A program made the position numbers and the translations under genes. Shown one piece after another: positions 9,135 to 20,909 of a stretch of 64,000 bases of DNA. The notes beneath the pieces are model-generated. The model ran no database searches. It saw only the letters and a program-made list of their open reading frames with translations, and was not told the DNA's origin. Origin of the DNA: Eukaryota sp. TZLM1-RC (Eukaryota; Protista; Metamonada: BaSk clade); NCBI GenBank assembly GCA_040285825.1, contig JAUPSS010000004.1, forward strand, positions 372,001-436,000. The letters are read 5' to 3'. The number at the start of each line of letters is the position of its first letter. The first letter of the stretch is position 1.

Positions 9135-12100
9135 TCGCCAATTTCACTAGTGCTTGCTTCAAATGTTTTATTTCATCAAAATGAATCCAATGTTTGTATG
9201 TTGTTGGATTTCAGTAATGCATTCAATTCAATTCATTGGTGCAGTATCCATGGTGCTCTATTGCAATATATGCCGGAATAAATGCCGTATTTTCAATCAA
9301 CATATAGCAAAAATTCTAATTTTCATTTTGGTAATTCCATTTTGGCTTCATCAAGTGGTGTAAAGCAAGGAGATCCGTTAGGACCTCTTTTGTTTTGTTT
9401 GGCCATTCATCCTATTTTATTGCAAATTCAAGAGATGTTTCCTTAGCTAAAATTGATTGCCTATATGGATGATGTGGTTTTAATAGGCGACTGAACGATT
9501 GTCGGAGAAGCAATTGTATGTTTCAAAGAATTATTCAACAAAATTGGTCTTCGACTGAACTTACTTAAATGTGTTTTGCTTTCAACTTCTCCAGTTTCTA
9601 CAATAGTTTATGAAATTAACATCCAATCCAGGTTATTTTCAATTGATGCTATTCGTGATGTAGGTTCGTTTTTAGGCAATACTGATGAAATCTCCAAACA
9701 ATGAATTGAAAAATTGAATATTGTTTCTAAAAAATTGATCGAATGATGAAATTGGATGCGCAGAAACATATCAAATTTACCATTTCAAGATTCTGTTTCA
9801 ATTCAAATTTCAATCATATATTTCGATCTTTTAATCATTTCATCTCTACACCCGTGGCCCAAAAGTTTAATGAATTATGTGCAAAAATTTTGTCACAATT
9901 ACTGGGATGTAAAATGTTCCAAATTCCTGATCATGCTTTTCTTAGTCCACATTATGGCGGTTTAGGGTGGACGAAGGCTTCTATTCTTACTTCATGTGCT
10001 TTAAGCAGTGGATGCAGAAATGCAATCTTTGAGTTTTCTGAAAGATGTGCCGATTGGGAAGATTTTATTTATGAAGATTTTAGTTATGAATTTGTGAATC
10101 GTTTTCCTGAAAAAATTCATCTCATTGAAAATTGTGGCAGCTCTTATCTTATTTCTATGCAACAAGAATGGAAACTCTTTCACCCAATATTTGGTCTAAA
10201 TGTTTCCCCTCTGATATTGTGGAACTTCCTCCAAGAAGCTTGCTCTCCTTACCACTGATTTTTGCAAAATTGCAGAAAAAAATCTTAAAAGTTTTAGAAA
10301 ACTTGGATTGTATTGTACGTCTTAGCTTGGCTAAAGAAAAAAATCCCGTTTTTGCAAACTTTTTGATTGATCTTGAAGACAGTTGCTCAAGTTGCCTAAT
10401 CTCCCAAATTCCCAACATTTATGGCCTTCTACTTAATGATCACCAATGGACCACTGCAATGAGAATGAGATGTTTTCTATGGCCTTGTTCATTACCAAAT
10501 GATTTTATTTGTCGCTGCAAAAGTGTTGTTACGCTTTTCCATATTTTAAACTGTAAGTATTTTATAACTTATCGCTCAATTGTTCATGACTCAGTTCGTG
10601 ATCAATTATATGCCATGTGCAAAAGTTTCAATATAGAGGCATTTATTGAGCCACTAGTACGTAAGCTGTCTTCAGATCAAACTGATGATTCCTTTGGTAA
10701 AAGAAGGGCAGATTTAGTAGCTCCAGGGATCGATGGTGTTCTCAATGTTGTAGATGTTGTCTCAGTTGATGTTTGCAGAAATTATGCTGCTCGTTTAGTG
10801 TATTCCGCTGATTCGCCGTTATCTAACGCCGAAAAAAAGAAGATAAAAAAGTATGAAGAACCTTTGGCACAGTTAAGTAGAGTGGAACATGTGAAATATC
10901 AGTTTGTGCCGTTTGCAATTTCTCTTTTTGGCAATATTGGACCTTCAGGGTTGCACTTTTTTGAAAATTTCAAAAAAGTGTTACTGAATAGGTCTGGTAA
11001 AACAATGAACTCCACTTTCTGGTTAAATAGAATTGTTTTTTGCATTTTCAAGTCTATTCCTACAATGATTTCAAAGGCACTTTTAGCTATTGGTGTAGAA
11101 TATGAACGTAATGCTGTGAGTAGGTTTAGTAATAGTGAAGCTTGTTTGGAGGATATTGAATTCTAGATGGTTATTTTTGTCTCAATAAATATTCCAGTTT
11201 TTTAAAAAAAATTGGGAAGATTTATTAAGTTCTACTATTTTTGCATTAAATGAAGAAATTTCAAAAATTGATGTGGAAATATGGGGTCGATGCTTTCCCC
11301 AATCATTCAATGGAAACACTCCTGAAGACAATTGTATAAATTTAAAATACATTCTTCGAACATTACAGAAACAATTGACTGGAATGTATGAAAATGACCT
11401 TTATAATAATATATGCAGCTCGGCTGTTTTAAATCATGATCTTCACTCATTGTTATTGGAAAAGGGTGTTTGTGAAAATCAGTCATCAGATTCTTCACTT
11501 TTTGTAACCATTGTACCACGAAGATTTGGATTGTGTGCCACTAATGAAGCATTTGTAACAAAAATGAGATTATATTTGAACATCCCCATTAACCAATTAT
11601 TATCAAAAGAAAAATGTATTTGTTCGAATTCACCTCAACTCACTTTGCGCCATGCTCTAAATTGCTCTAAATTGATAACTTATCGTTCTTCATTACATGA
11701 TGCTGTTAGAGACACTGTTTTCAATATGGCACAAACTGCAAGGATATCGTTTATCAAAGAGCCCCTGCTGAAGGAAACACTTTCTCTGAATAATTTAGGT
11801 TCTGATGATAGAGGTGATGTATACTGTGATTGGATTGATAATTCTGAAGCTATTGTTGACTTTGTCTCATGTAATGTTGCAAATGATACTTTGGTTCACA
11901 GAAGAAAACTTAATCCTGTGGCTGCTCTGGATTTTAAAGCAAAAGAGAAACATAGAAAATATGATAAAGATATTGAAGAGGCAAATCTCGATAGAAATAC
12001 ACAGCTGGTTTTTATTGCTTTCCCATTTTCGATAAATGGAAGATTATCAGATGAAGCAGAAACTTTTTTGGATGACTTCCAAAAAATGGTGCAAGAAAAA

Positions 12101-12305
12101 ACAATGAAAAGATTTGATACTTTTTTATGGCGTTCACGGATTCAATTTGCCAATATTAATAGATTTCCGCGGTTTTTCAATCGAATAAGAGAAGCTTTAG
12201 CTAGACAGCAAGCAGATCAAGATTTTGTAGAGGAAATCTTGGTTCAATGATAGTCGTCCCATTAGTATTGAGTTAATTTAATCAAGTGTGCAAATTCAAT
12301 AAATA
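9135..12305 (+). mobile_element. Family B CRE-like non-LTR retrotransposon, 5'-truncated, interrupted by a nested insertion at 10066-11210
   Basis: GVKQGDPLGPLLF, YMDD and LSPHYGGLGW in 9135-10065. The element resumes at 11211 with ORF 11273..12250 (CICx8HALNC, LHDAVRD, RGDV..D..KEKHRKY RLE) and a 3' UTR ending (TAAA)n. Confidence 0.85.
10066..11210 (+). mobile_element. Family A non-LTR retrotransposon 3' fragment (CCHC + RLE) with A-tail and 13-bp TSD
   Basis: ORF 10132..11166 has CRC..HILNC, VHDSVRD and RRADL..DV..KKY. AATAAA then an A-run at ~11204-11211. Flanked by ATTGGGAAGATTT at 10053-10065 and 11211-11223. Confidence 0.85.
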
Positions 12306-12311
12306 AATTTT

Positions 12312-13667
12312 TCCAATTTTAATCATATATTTCGATCTACAAATCCTCTTGTCACTAGACCTTTGGCTCAAAAGTTTAATGAGTGACGTGCAAAAGTTCT
12401 GTCTCAATTACTGGGATGTAAAATATTTCAAATTCCAGATCATGCTTACCTTAGTCCACATTATGGTGGTTTAGGGTGGACGAAGGCTTCTATTCTTACC
12501 TCATGTGCTTTTGTTGGTGGATGCAGAAATGCAATCTTTGAGTTTTCCGAAAGATTTGCAGATTGGGAAGATTTATTGATGACAACGCAAAGTTCCACTG
12601 TTTTTGCATTAAATGAAGAAATTTCAAGACTTGATGTAGAAAAATGGGGTCGTTGTTTTCCCCAATCATTCAATGGCAATATTCCAGAAAAAAATGTTTT
12701 AAATTTGAAGTACACTCTTCGAACATTACAGAAACGATTGACTGGAATGTATGAAAAAGATCTTTATAATAATATATGCAGCTCGGTTGTTTTAGATCAA
12801 GATCTTCACTCATTGTTATTGGAAAAGTGTGTTTGTGAAAACAAGTCGTCAGATTCTTCACTTTTTGTAACCATTGTACCACGAAGATTTGGATTGTGTG
12901 CCACTAATGAAGCATTTGTAACAAAAATGACATTATATTTGAACATCCCCATTAACCAGTTATTATTAAAAGAAAAATGTATTTGTTCGAATTCACCTCA
13001 ACTCACTTTGCGCCATGCTCTGAATTGCTCTAAATTGATAACTTATCGTTCTTCATTACATGATGCTGTTAGAGACACTGTTTTCAATATGGCACAAACT
13101 GCAAGGATATCGTTTATCAAAGAGCCCCTGCTGAAGGAAACACTTTCTCTGAATAATTTAGGTTCTGATGATAGAGGTGATGTATACTGTGATTGGATTG
13201 ATAATTCTGAAGCTATTGTTGACTTTGTCTCATGTAATGTTGCAAATGATACTTTGGTTCACAGAAGAAAACTTAATCCTGTGAGTGCTCTTGATTTTAA
13301 AGCAAAAGAAAAACATAGAAAATATGATAAAGATATTGAAGAGGCTAATGCTGATAGAAATACACAGCTAGTTTTTATTGCTTTCCCATTTTCGATAAAT
13401 GGAAGATTATCAGATGAAGCAGAAAATTGTTTGAATGACTTCCAAAAAATGGTTCAAGAAAAAACAATGAAAAGATTTGATATTTTTTTATGGCGTTCTC
13501 GAATTCACTTTGCCATTATTAATAGATTACCTCGGTTGTTCAATCGAATAAGAGGAGCTTTTGCTAGACAGCAAGCAGATCAAGATTTTGTAGAGGAAAT
13601 TTTGGTTCAATGATATTCGTCCCATTAGTTATGAGTTCATTCAATTAAGTGTGCATGTTCAATAAAT
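12312..13667 (+). mobile_element. Second family B non-LTR 3' fragment, head-to-tail after the first
   Basis: ORF 12576..13613 is nearly identical to 11273..12250 and has the same ~55-nt 3' UTR. Confidence 0.9.
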
Positions 13668-13699
13668 TTATATGAATTTTCTGCAAGATGAGTCTTTTT

Positions 13700-14100
13700 T
13701 TTACAATTTTTATGGACAATGAACACCTGTCTATGAAATCTTCAATTTGATATCACCATCTGGTGTTAAACACGGTCATCCATTAGGTCTTTTCTTCTTC
13801 CATCTTGCAGATCAACTTCTAATGTGTGAATTAAAACAGCAATACCCTGAAATTGAAATTCTGACTTATATGGATGACATTTCAATAATTTGTCCTCATT
13901 GATTTATTGGGATAAAATTCTAAAACTCAACAGAGTTGTAATCCAATTGATCTTTCTTTAAACATTTTTCAATGTTTATTGATTGGTAGAGAGCCTGTTG
14001 AGCTTGTTATTGATTACCTAAGTGTTCATTTCATCAATTATTTTGAACCAGGATGACGATTTTTAGGTTGTCATTTAGGTTTTGATGATCCCGCAATCAA
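13700..14100 (+). repeat. Duplicated non-LTR RT fragment
   Basis: 13748-14099 reads identical to 1-352. The inverted homolog is at ~32500-32890. Confidence 0.9.
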
Positions 14101-14201
14101 CAAAATACAACACATGATTAAACACAACTTATACATTTATTAAACTGCACTCGAAGCCATCCCAAAAGCCTTCAAATGAATAAATACTGCAAATCCACAT
14201 C

Positions 14202-16532
14202 TCAAAGTGGCTTAGACTGGTAAGTTTCGGTTACTTCATTAAATGTTTTGATTATTTCCTCTACTGCGGACGACTGTTTTCTATCAGAATCTTTGTGCAA
14301 GCAAGCACGCCAGAGTGCGCCATAGAACGATCCATCAACCAAAATATGACGCTCAGTTGCTTCGGTGGCCAAATTGTCACACTGAAGACAAATGTCCTGA
14401 TCTTGACAACAGTGCATTCCACGAAGTCTCTGCAAATATTGAGCAGTTTGTGGCCTTCTAACAGGCTTATCTGACACCAACAAACGAATTGACACAAGAA
14501 AGTCTATATGAACGAAAGTATTATCAAGTCTGTGCACCATTGCTTTGGCATATTGAGAAGCAAAGTCCTGATTTTTTAACTTTGAATCAACACCCACCAA
14601 AACTACCCTACCATTATCAGGATCAATTGCCTTGAAGATTAAGTCAGGTCCTTCTGCAGAATCTGCATTTAGGCAAACAAATCCAACTGGAAGCATGTTG
14701 AGATGGTCGTTCACCTTTTGGATTTCATCATCATTATTATTACCAATTTCGTAAGGAGCAGGCAACTTGGTGACAAGATCAAATAACGTACAGAATGTCC
14801 TACCAAGTGCATTGATGACGTGAGCGTCATCCACCAGTCGAGGAAGTGAAAGTCTATAAAAATTGTTATATTCTTCGCCTGAAAAACCTAAACACTTTGG
14901 TTGGGGTAAATTGAATACTCTCCAAACAGATTTAGTGAGGCCACAGCTGTGTGATCCTGCTGGTATGATATCTGAATAACACATTACAATGAGCGATCGA
15001 CCAAGAATCAGTTGGCCCATTACAATTTCAAGATTCAAACCAAAATCCTGTTCAGTTGGATCAAAAAGCTCGTGTATCAAACTAAAACCAAACAAAAACC
15101 GCTCCAATGAAGATAAATTATTCCTTCTAGTTGTAGAATGAGGAAACATCAACTGAAGTTGATAATTAGTTCCAGACTTTGGTGGCAGAAGTAATGATGG
15201 GGTTAAATAGGCTTTTCCTTTTGTTTCAAGCTCCACAAGCGAAATGCTGTGGTCTTTATCCCCTGGAACCACTACTTTATCTTCAGGAAGGAGAGGAAAA
15301 GCAAACCTGGTTAAAGTGGAAAACATTGGACAATATTCATTATCAAAATAAGAATTGGCACAATTCCCAAACTCGCTACTTCGAATCATCCAATGAACCA
15401 CAGAGAGAAAGCGACCAACTACTGCATCAAGTGGAGGAGAAGGAGGACGGGAGAAATCACGTGCAATTGTGGGCAAGTCGGCACCTGCTCTACTTCTTAA
15501 ATCAGCATCGAAATTAAACGTGTACGACAGGAGCATCTTGACAGATTGCACGATTATTCGAGGGATACCACAAGAACGTCGTAACATGTTGATCAGAACA
15601 CTTTGCACTTCGGGGTTTTTGGTAAATAAGGGAACATAAGAACAATTAACAGAATCATACTTAAAGTAGGTACTAATTGTGCTTCTGGGGAAGTTATCCT
15701 TAACCCAGCGATGTGTAATATTATTGAACATCTGTACAAGATGGTTGTGATGGATCAATGGTTCCAGCCTGTACGGTTTTATTCTAATTGTAGTTTCAGA
15801 ATTGCCCTTTACAGCTTCAAAATGATCGCTAGTCAAATGTCCAGCAAATATGCATGTTCCAAGCTTTAATTTGTGTACTCTGTGGGCGAAAGCCATGGCA
15901 GCTGTTGACATTTTCTGAGATTCGTCTAGATAAAAAACCCATTGGCCAGAATACTTTTCAAACAAATACTCGCATAACTCTTCCAGACTCATGGTTTTAT
16001 GTTTTCTGTTTATGTAATCTCTTAAACCTTCAGAAGCATCTAAATAATGGTAAAAATTACCTTTAAAACTGTCCATTGAGTGCTGAAAAGTGCTTATTTC
16101 AGATAATGTGGTGAATGCAACATTGTGTATGATCCCAAACTCTTCAAGAACACCATCGATAAACTTCCCAGGTTCAAAAGTCCCGACGTCTACAAAAATT
16201 TCACTTCTGGATAAGTACACCCCAAGCGCTCGATCAATGAAGCCTTCGAAGGACTCACCTGTCCACCGCTTGTGTAAGTGCTGAAGAATCTCCATTGGCT
16301 GATTGATAACAGTACCCATCCAGTTAAAGATGAGATTAGTCTTGCCAATACCTGTACTGCCAATAACACTGGCACAAGTGGGTTTCTCGTCTGTGTGTTC
16401 TCCTTGGTCTGAAGAGCAAAGTTGATGACAAAGATGCCGCAATAGAGATGCTACATGGGGGATTCGGTTCACCATTTTGTCTGTCAGATGCGGTTCTGAC
16501 ATTGTGCACCGTTTTGTAGGATATAAGGTCAT
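14202..16532 (-). CDS. Crinkler/RHS-type P-loop NTPase fused to a C-terminal restriction-endonuclease-fold domain
   Basis: 776-aa ORF with Walker A GSTGIGKT, Walker B FYLDESQ, CGIPR motif, and C-terminal NADSAEGPDLI...VGVDSK resembling PD-(D/E)xK. Confidence 0.65.
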   Translation of the reverse strand: MTLYPTKRCTMSEPHLTDKMVNRIPHVASLLRHLCHQLCSSDQGEHTDEKPTCASVIGSTGIGKTNLIFNWMGTVINQPMEILQHLHKRWTGESFEGFIDRALGVYLSRSEIFVDVGTFEPGKFIDGVLEEFGIIHNVAFTTLSEISTFQHSMDSFKGNFYHYLDASEGLRDYINRKHKTMSLEELCEYLFEKYSGQWVFYLDESQKMSTAAMAFAHRVHKLKLGTCIFAGHLTSDHFEAVKGNSETTIRIKPYRLEPLIHHNHLVQMFNNITHRWVKDNFPRSTISTYFKYDSVNCSYVPLFTKNPEVQSVLINMLRRSCGIPRIIVQSVKMLLSYTFNFDADLRSRAGADLPTIARDFSRPPSPPLDAVVGRFLSVVHWMIRSSEFGNCANSYFDNEYCPMFSTLTRFAFPLLPEDKVVVPGDKDHSISLVELETKGKAYLTPSLLLPPKSGTNYQLQLMFPHSTTRRNNLSSLERFLFGFSLIHELFDPTEQDFGLNLEIVMGQLILGRSLIVMCYSDIIPAGSHSCGLTKSVWRVFNLPQPKCLGFSGEEYNNFYRLSLPRLVDDAHVINALGRTFCTLFDLVTKLPAPYEIGNNNDDEIQKVNDHLNMLPVGFVCLNADSAEGPDLIFKAIDPDNGRVVLVGVDSKLKNQDFASQYAKAMVHRLDNTFVHIDFLVSIRLLVSDKPVRRPQTAQYLQRLRGMHCCQDQDICLQCDNLATEATERHILVDGSFYGALWRACLHKDSDRKQSSAVEEIIKTFNEVTETYQSKPL

Positions 16533-17822
16533 TATCTATCTATGAATTAGCACAAGATGTTCAAGAGGCAAAAACTTCTATTTGATTTGAAAATGGCTGA
16601 ATTAACAGCTTTACTAACCAATACCATCTTTAATGCTGGCAAACGCATCATAATTCGTGCTATTTATGTGGTGGTCGTTCTGAAATCAGCATGGCTGAAC
16701 GTTGTTGTGCGCCGTTCTGTTTATAAATTCTCTGTATTTATTTCTAACTCTGCACTTGGTAATGTTTCTCTTTTAGCCAGGCCTAAACTACAGGAAGCAT
16801 ACCCTCTGCCTATCAAGTATTTCAATATGCTACTATACGGTGTTATCTCACTCCTTCAGACACTTCTTTTTGTTGTTGTATTTTTGAATCATAAATTTGA
16901 TTGTATGATGACTACTTAGTAGGATCTCAAGGGTTTAGGTAAAAGAATATTGCAGCTGACAGTATCTAGAGCCATTTGGTCTTCACCTACATTAGTAACA
17001 GTTAAACATACTTAGGCAAAAATACTTGATTCAATCAATTATACGTATAGTTTATTTGATAAATTATCTAAATACGAAAATATAGTGATTATCAGAGTGT
17101 CTTAATCAACAATTTTGGAAAATTGTGTACTTTGAAAAATATTTGTATCGATCCACTTATTCATTGGTGGTGGTTGTAGACTATGAAACAAAACACTAAA
17201 TTTCACACCAGTCCAGTCCATACACGATAATTTAACTTTCTTAAATCTTTTCATGCTTGTAAAAAATGAATTTGTCAAAAAATAACTTTATATATTTACA
17301 TCTAAATTGATGAATTAAACAAATATCAAGATATAATATTTCATAGAATTACAACACTTAATAAAATAAAGAACTAATGGGACGAAATTCAGTGATCCAT
17401 GATTTCCTCTACACCGTTTATTTGAAAATTTCCAAAGCTTAATAACTCTGTTGGGTGAGTTGTGCCAATTAATGGTGAATTGAAGAAACGAACAATTTTC
17501 TAAACATTCAAAAAAGATATATAGAAAAACTCAAATAATTTCACAATTTTAGCACAACAAAGTCAAATAGAAAAAAACAGTTTCTGTTGCTCAATTTTCA
17601 ATTCAGTATTCGTGTCACCAAACTTCAATTAATGATTGTTTCGCTTCTACAAATGTAATGGTTGAACAAATCGATTTAAGCAAGGCTACAATTAAACAAA
17701 TAGAATAATGATAAAAAATGTAAAAATGATAAATGTAGTGTATTATCTTTAAATATTTTATACTAAGACACTTGATGAAACACCAATTCCTTTTAATGGA
17801 AGTGATTAAAATGAATCTCCAT

Positions 17823-20042
17823 CTATTGATTCACATCTTCTTCATTTGTCTTTGAATAATGATTGTACAAGTCCACTATACAACGAATGGATGGATAGTG
17901 AATCCACCTTGGAAAGCAGGACAATTCCACTAAATATTCATAATTAATTAGTTGAACAGATTTAATTAAACTTTGATTGATAAGATGTGTTGGAGATAGA
18001 GTAGAATCCGACAATTTTTCCAATGACGGTCTTATGAATTGAACAAATCTCAAAGAAGGAAAGTTATCTTTTGTGATATTAATTGGAGCACCATAATGAA
18101 TTAGTAATTCTTTCAAGTTTGATAAGTGCAGTTTAACAATAATAGGATCAATCAATCGCATTTCCATTCTAACAATTGATTGAGGTAAAGGTATTTCTCC
18201 TCTTAACATTCTGTGAGAGAGTTCAAAATAGAGCACCGCCAATTGTTTTAATGATTTCAGGTGGCTCAAATCACCAACTTGCCTGACATTATTCCCAAGC
18301 ACTAACTTCACTAGTGAAGTAGGTAATTGTTCCACAGTGACGAAACAATGAAGCTCTAAACTGTTAAGACGTGATAAATAAGCCAAGTTCAACCTCAAAT
18401 TAGAATTCAACCTGCAAAAAAGCTTTATTACCTCAACATTTGGGAAAAGCGTCAATAATTCGGGATCAAAATCAACCCTATCGTAGTAAATCTCCAATTG
18501 TTGAATCTTGTTATTCATTATTCTAGGGCCTTTGGAATCATTGAACAATTGGAGTTGCAGAACAGAAACATTGCTATTTAAATCCAAATTGTGAGGATCC
18601 TGTAAATAGACCATATTATTTATTGGGTGACCTGTAAATACTTCCTTGGCAAGGTTAGCCACTCTCTTGCTAATTGAACATTTTTGGCAAAATTTAGCTC
18701 TAACATAGAGCTGATTACCAATTGACATGAATAAAAGATTTAAATATTCGTTATAAATAAGTTTAATTAAATCCAAATAAATTCTGCCACAATTGGGTTT
18801 GGGATAAATGATGGGTCCAAATATTTCAGACCCAAATACTTTGACAGGCTGTGATCGATCAATCAAATCACCTGTACCTAATTGACCTTTATCGTTCCTT
18901 CCCCAAGCCCAAACAGTGTTTTTGTTGTAGGCAAACAAGAATTCACGACCTACTGAAACACCTTCTATATTAGTTAAAGCTTCAATGCTGATTGGTTGAT
19001 AATAACGATATTCTTCATAAACATCACTTAATCTAAACAATAAACCCCATACAAAAACTTTACCATTGTCATGAACAGCAGCATAAATGCCACTATAACC
19101 AGCAATAGAAACAATATTACCCAAACCTTCAACTTTGGTGGGTTTAGTAAAAGGATTCCCAACATAATGATCATCATACTCCTCCACGAACTTCCAAACA
19201 TTTCCATCAACATCAAGAACAAGTAAATCACCATCAAAAATGATTGAATGATCATATGATACTTTTGGAGTTAGGATATTATTGATCGGAAACTTGGTCA
19301 AGGTATTTTCCACATGATCAAAATAGAAAAAATCATTTTTGGAATCAATACCAATAAAGCAATCACCATCTACCAACACATTTAAATAAACAATATTAAT
19401 TAAATCAAACTTGATTACTTCGAAAACGGGACTAAATTTCAAACCAATGACCAAACCATTTTTAGTTAAAGCAAAAATATATTCAAAACCAAATGGAAAT
19501 ACCTTTTCTATGTAATAAGGAAAATCAATTAAAGAAATTTGTTGATTTGAATACCAAACCCAACCAAATAAATATCCTCTTAATGTTAAAATAAAGGAAT
19601 AAGAAAAGTGTCGGGAATGACCAGAAATATTGGTGGTATTAGATTGGGGTAATTTGATTGGAAAAATGATTGATTTAGCAGCGTTGGGCAGAAGTTCCTC
19701 ATTGCTATTTGAACCCCAGCCATAGAGCTCACCGGAACAAGTGTAAAGAAAGGTGTGATCAGAATAACCAACCAGTTTAGATATACTTAAACTTGAATCC
19801 GATCGATTGGAGGAGTTGGGGATGGAGGGGGATGGTATGTCGTTTCTTGGCTTAGAGTTTTCTGTCAAAGGCGCGCTTGTTAAAGTTTTGGAAGTGTTTG
19901 GTGGTGGAGATTCGTGAGAGAAGGCACACGACACAGATAAGGCTGGAGAATCCGATATGTGATCGGAGAATCGTGATGAGGACTCTGGTGCAAGATGTTC
20001 TGCTAAGAGAGGTGACATCAAATCTTCGTTAAGATTCAACAT
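17823..20042 (-). CDS. RCC1-repeat protein with Ser/Pro-rich N-terminus and LRR-like C-terminus
   Basis: Intact ORF with GELYGWGSN, GKVFVWG and WAWGRNDKGQLGTGD; LPTSLVKL and LPQSIVRM repeats. Confidence 0.9.
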   Translation of the reverse strand: MLNLNEDLMSPLLAEHLAPESSSRFSDHISDSPALSVSCAFSHESPPPNTSKTLTSAPLTENSKPRNDIPSPSIPNSSNRSDSSLSISKLVGYSDHTFLYTCSGELYGWGSNSNEELLPNAAKSIIFPIKLPQSNTTNISGHSRHFSYSFILTLRGYLFGWVWYSNQQISLIDFPYYIEKVFPFGFEYIFALTKNGLVIGLKFSPVFEVIKFDLINIVYLNVLVDGDCFIGIDSKNDFFYFDHVENTLTKFPINNILTPKVSYDHSIIFDGDLLVLDVDGNVWKFVEEYDDHYVGNPFTKPTKVEGLGNIVSIAGYSGIYAAVHDNGKVFVWGLLFRLSDVYEEYRYYQPISIEALTNIEGVSVGREFLFAYNKNTVWAWGRNDKGQLGTGDLIDRSQPVKVFGSEIFGPIIYPKPNCGRIYLDLIKLIYNEYLNLLFMSIGNQLYVRAKFCQKCSISKRVANLAKEVFTGHPINNMVYLQDPHNLDLNSNVSVLQLQLFNDSKGPRIMNNKIQQLEIYYDRVDFDPELLTLFPNVEVIKLFCRLNSNLRLNLAYLSRLNSLELHCFVTVEQLPTSLVKLVLGNNVRQVGDLSHLKSLKQLAVLYFELSHRMLRGEIPLPQSIVRMEMRLIDPIIVKLHLSNLKELLIHYGAPINITKDNFPSLRFVQFIRPSLEKLSDSTLSPTHLINQSLIKSVQLINYEYLVELSCFPRWIHYPSIRCIVDLYNHYSKTNEEDVNQ

Positions 20043-20082
20043 TATCAAGGAAAAAATTATTATTATTTATTAATTATGACCA

Positions 20083-20900
20083 ACAAGCGTTCAAGTTTCT
20101 TGGATGTTGGCTAGGTAATTTGGATGAAATTTATTCCCAGTTGAACAATTAATTAGGGAATTTTGACAAGGATCTTAATTTTATTGCTGAATGTGATGTT
20201 GAAAAATACATCAAATTTTTTCTTTTAAAAAATTTCTATTCTGGAAGATTCACTCATATTTGAAGGTCAACTTCTCCTTCAGTATCCCTTGATTTTTGTA
20301 TATTTTTCAACAAACTTCAGGTCAAATTTTTTTTCTTTATTGGAGGTAAATGAATCTTTAATTCGAAGCCATGTATTTTGTTCTGCTGAATTGGGTGAAA
20401 TTGCTGTCACTGAATCTTCGATTTTATGTAAAGCAACTTTTTGAGGAGGTGGAAAATATTTCATTTTGAATTTTCCAAAGTTGCCCTTATGATGTTCATT
20501 TGAACCATGGTGAATCAAATTTTTATTTAAATCAACTTCAAATTCAATTAGATAATTTGCCTAGTGATATCTGGATTCAGTGTTTTCCTCAAAATGTTCA
20601 AGAAATTCCCAACCGATCACTCCCAAATTTACGTCTTTGTTAAAAAAAGCTTCAGCACCATCTGGTTAAATTATATGAAGGTTTGGATTATGAAGTAAGA
20701 CTTGGCTTGGCCAAAACTAAAAATCCCGCTTTCGGTAATTTTTTAAAGGATATTCGTGATAGTTCTGCTGCTGCTGCTTTAGTAACTCAAATTCCCTCTG
20801 TTTTTGGACTTTTGTTAAAAAACAATGAATGGCTTCTAAACATGCGTTTTCGTTGTTTTCTGTGGCCAAACAATTTGCCCAATCATTTAACTTGTAAATC
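20083..20900 (+). pseudogene. Degenerate non-LTR retrotransposon fragment (post-RT region to zinc knuckle)
   Basis: FLGCWLGN..., VRLGLAKTKNPAFGNFL, NMRFRCFLWPNNLP, homologous to family A ORF 10132..11166. Confidence 0.75.
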
Positions 20901-20909
20901 GAGTTTTTT

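Noticed and set aside
16557-16919. 120-aa plus-strand ORF divergent from the NTPase gene
   Set aside because: No recognisable motif; cannot be supported as a gene.
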